A model generated the notes under the pieces. The model made no database searches, was not told the origin of the DNA, and saw nothing but the letters and a program-made list of their open reading frames with translations. A program made the translations under genes and the position numbers. From Tubiluchus corallicola (Eukaryota; Animalia; Priapulida), in assembly GCA_030141605.1 (NCBI GenBank), contig JAQGDQ010002395.1:53056-117055 (forward strand): a stretch of 64,000 nt of DNA. Direction: 5' to 3'. How positions within the stretch are numbered: the stretch's first letter is position 1; each line of letters starts with the position of its first letter. Below, piece by piece: positions 61,284-64,000 of this stretch.

Positions 61284-63762
61284 CTAATTGAGAATAGGCC
61301 ACTGTTCATCATTCACCCATTTCCAAGTACTTGAGAAATTCCAGCCTACAAAGACTACTCTATCCTTTTCAGTATCTTTGTACTGGCTGCTCTCTTTTTT
61401 CAAATACCTGCCACTACTAACTCCAATTCCTGCCACAGTAAGATGATTATCAATTTCCTGCGTGCCTGAGCTTTCCTCATCCCAATAATTATTAATATCA
61501 AGAAGAACGTTACCACTTTCTCCTACCAAGCCACCAAGACCTAGATATTGAAATACATTGTTCGTCTCTCCGGTGGCATAACAGTTCTCAATTATGACTC
61601 TTTCTTTAGTAGTACAACTTCCTATTAGTCCACCATAAGTGTTCCCTCCGCTACTACCTTTAGCATCTCCTGTGCTGTAAGAGTTGGTGACGGTACCTCC
61701 AAGGAATCCTATTAAGCCACCTAAGTGATTTGTGCCTTCTACATTTCCCGTAGCCTTACACTCATTAATTTTTAAAGCATTTTCATTTTCATTAAAATAT
61801 CCAAAAGATCCTGCTAATCCTCCGACATGACCGCTGATACCCTCTGCGGTAACATTTACTGATGCGGAACTTTTTGATATTTCAAAGAGATCAGTATCAG
61901 TAAATGCTCCATATCCTAATACCCCACCAGCGTTATTACCATTATTACTTCCACTACCTTTTGCCAGTATGGAGCCTCCTGTAATATGGCAGTTAACAAT
62001 TGTTGAATTGCTTCCATGCCCTACCAACCCAGCAACATTCGAATTTCCAGTTATTCCATTGCCATCTATTTTTATAATTACATTTTTTATCTCAGCGTTC
62101 CGTATATATCCAAACAGGCCTACCCCTTTTGTATTCTCTCTATCTATAAACAAGTTCTCTATCACCTTGTCATCACCATCGAGAGAACCCTCGAATTTAT
62201 TATCATTATTACCGACAGGGTCAAAGCCTTCTGCAGGGAGAGCATCCGGGAGTGTGCCTCCTGTTTGGGAGGGGACTGGTAGGGATATATTATTTTTCAA
62301 AGTATAATGGCCGTTTAAGTTATATTGCATTCCTTGTAGATCCTGCCAACTCTTTATATTATACTGCTCTTTGGTAGTGTTGTAGCTAAAGGGAGAATAT
62401 TCTATGTTTAATTTAATGGTAATGTCGCCATCATCTATACTGTTCCAGCTACTGGCAATCATCTGGCTCCATTATAATAGCTTACAACAGTGAGAGATGG
62501 CTTAATGTATTCTACGATTACAAAATATTCCTGTTCATCACCGTTTCCTGCTGTCACAACATAGGTTACCTCGTGATTGAAATCTGGAGTCGCCCCATCT
62601 TTTGTGCTTACAGTTGCATCATCTGATACTGTTATCTCAGGGTTCAATGAGGCTAAATTAATGCCAAAAGGATTTTTCGCTGTAATTGTATAGTTGCCCG
62701 GTGAAATCTCTCCCGCCACATCATCATTTAATCCTGGATTATCGTCTTTCGTAAATACAAATTTTGTAATCTCATTTTCTGTATTTCGCCCTACATTAAC
62801 CTTTACGTTATAAGTCCGTTTGTCATTATTTTCCGCCGTTACTGTGTAGGATATCTTATTCTCTGAATTTACACCAAAGTTTATACGCGTTCCACTAGCA
62901 GGATTAATCGTGGCCCCCCTCCGATATCTTTATTGTAGGAGTTAACTCGAGGTCTGTACCAAAAGGTACTTCAAGTGTGATATCCGGACCTGTAACATCT
63001 TCCGCAGATACATCATCATTTAATCCTGGATTATCTCCTTTCTTAAATACAAAGCTCTTAATTGCAGTTCCTTTTCTTTCTCCTACTTCAACTTTCACAT
63101 TGTAAGTCTGTTCGTCGCCATTTCCTGCTATTACAGTGTACGTAACAGGATTTGTAAAGCCGACCACTGTTACTTCACTTATTTGTGGTTCTATTCCTAT
63201 CTTTGCTTGAGCTTCATCAGGCAGCTCAAAAGTGGCTACTAACTTTGTTCTATCTGTACCGAAGGGAACGGTTAAATTGATATTATTCCCTGAAATATCT
63301 CCGGCATCTACATCTTCAGTTAATGATGCGTCTTCATTTTTGTCTGCCTTAAAAGCAAATTTAGTGATCTTGTTTTCTGTGTTTTTTTCTTTGTCAACTG
63401 TTACATAGTAAACCCGTTGGCTGTTATCTTCTGCTATTACAGTGTAGGGTTTATTATTTGTGAAGTCTCTTTCCACACCGCTTCTCGGGGATATAGTTGC
63501 TTTCTCCGAGATATCTATTGTTGGTTTTAATGAAGTGATTTTTGTTTTATAAGGTACTATTAGTCTAATGTTAGTGCCTACAATTTCTGTGGGCTCCACA
63601 TTATCAGTTAATTCACTATTGAGGTCGTGCTCAAAAACAAATTTTGTGATCGCTCTTTCACTGGAGGGGAGAGGAATCTCCTCTTTCTTGGCTGTCTCTT
63701 TGTTACACCCCAATAATGTAAAAATAGAGAGTAATAAATGAATAAAAATAAAGTGATTTCAT
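61284..63762 (-). pseudogene. Paralog of the 50745 surface lipoprotein, split into fragments
   Basis: The ATG at 63762 is one base out of frame with LLGCNK. There is a G6 instead of G5 at ~62914-62919 (EG|ATINPASG) and a frameshifting deletion at ~62460. Fragments 62904-63713, 62459-62900 and 61284-62462 carry the same Ig and GLUG modules and a WPIL end. Confidence 0.85.
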
Positions 63763-63886
63763 GTTTTAGAATGTTTAAAATGCAAAAATACTGAGAAAAC
63801 ATTTATAAGTGGCCACTCCTTTTACATATTTTATATCTTTTTATGTTTTATTGTTCTTTTCTATGTTTTATATCTCCTTTTAGCTG

Positions 63887-63984
63887 TTTTCTTTACATTC
63901 TTTTGTTTTGATGTAAGAGAGGCGAAGGATCAAGTTCTTTTTAAGTTCTTTTGTCATGACACAAAAGAACCCCAAGATCAAGCC
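63887..63984. repeat. Degenerate REP-like hairpin copies
   Basis: ttttctttacattcttttgttttgat and gttcttttgtcatgacacaaaagaaccccaagatcaagcc. Confidence 0.7.
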
Positions 63985-64000
63985 TGTAAATTCTTTTGAT

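Overview
This window comes from a Bacteroidota chromosome, probably Bacteroidales/Marinilabiliales-like. The evidence is a SusC/SusD pair, TTTG-N19/20-TAnnTTTG promoters, zapA-rny, and a SulA-like acyltransferase. Housekeeping and envelope genes (ribH, recF, clpS, floA/nfeD, pbpC/alpha-2-macroglobulin, polA, rny) are mixed with many insertion sequences: one intact IS256 with an 8-bp TSD, a broken IS256 copy, a 127-bp IS256 mini-element, an internally deleted IS3-like element, a frameshifted IS1634 with a 263-bp target duplication, and an internally deleted IS110. The most unusual structure is a family of ~122-bp hairpin-containing (REP-like) repeats. It forms a tandem array at ~12 kb and brackets a 5.3-kb mosaic DUF5018/GLUG-like surface lipoprotein gene as direct repeats. 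It is also the insertion target of the IS110 remnant, whose joined ends would rebuild a consensus Bacteroidota promoter, and it recurs upstream of an inverted, frameshifted paralog of the surface gene. Also notable are a NapC/NirT tetraheme-FGE-fold fusion next to a Tat-exported Gfo/Idh/MocA dehydrogenase and an octaheme-HEAT-TPR protein. All calls come from reading the sequence by eye; no database searches were run.
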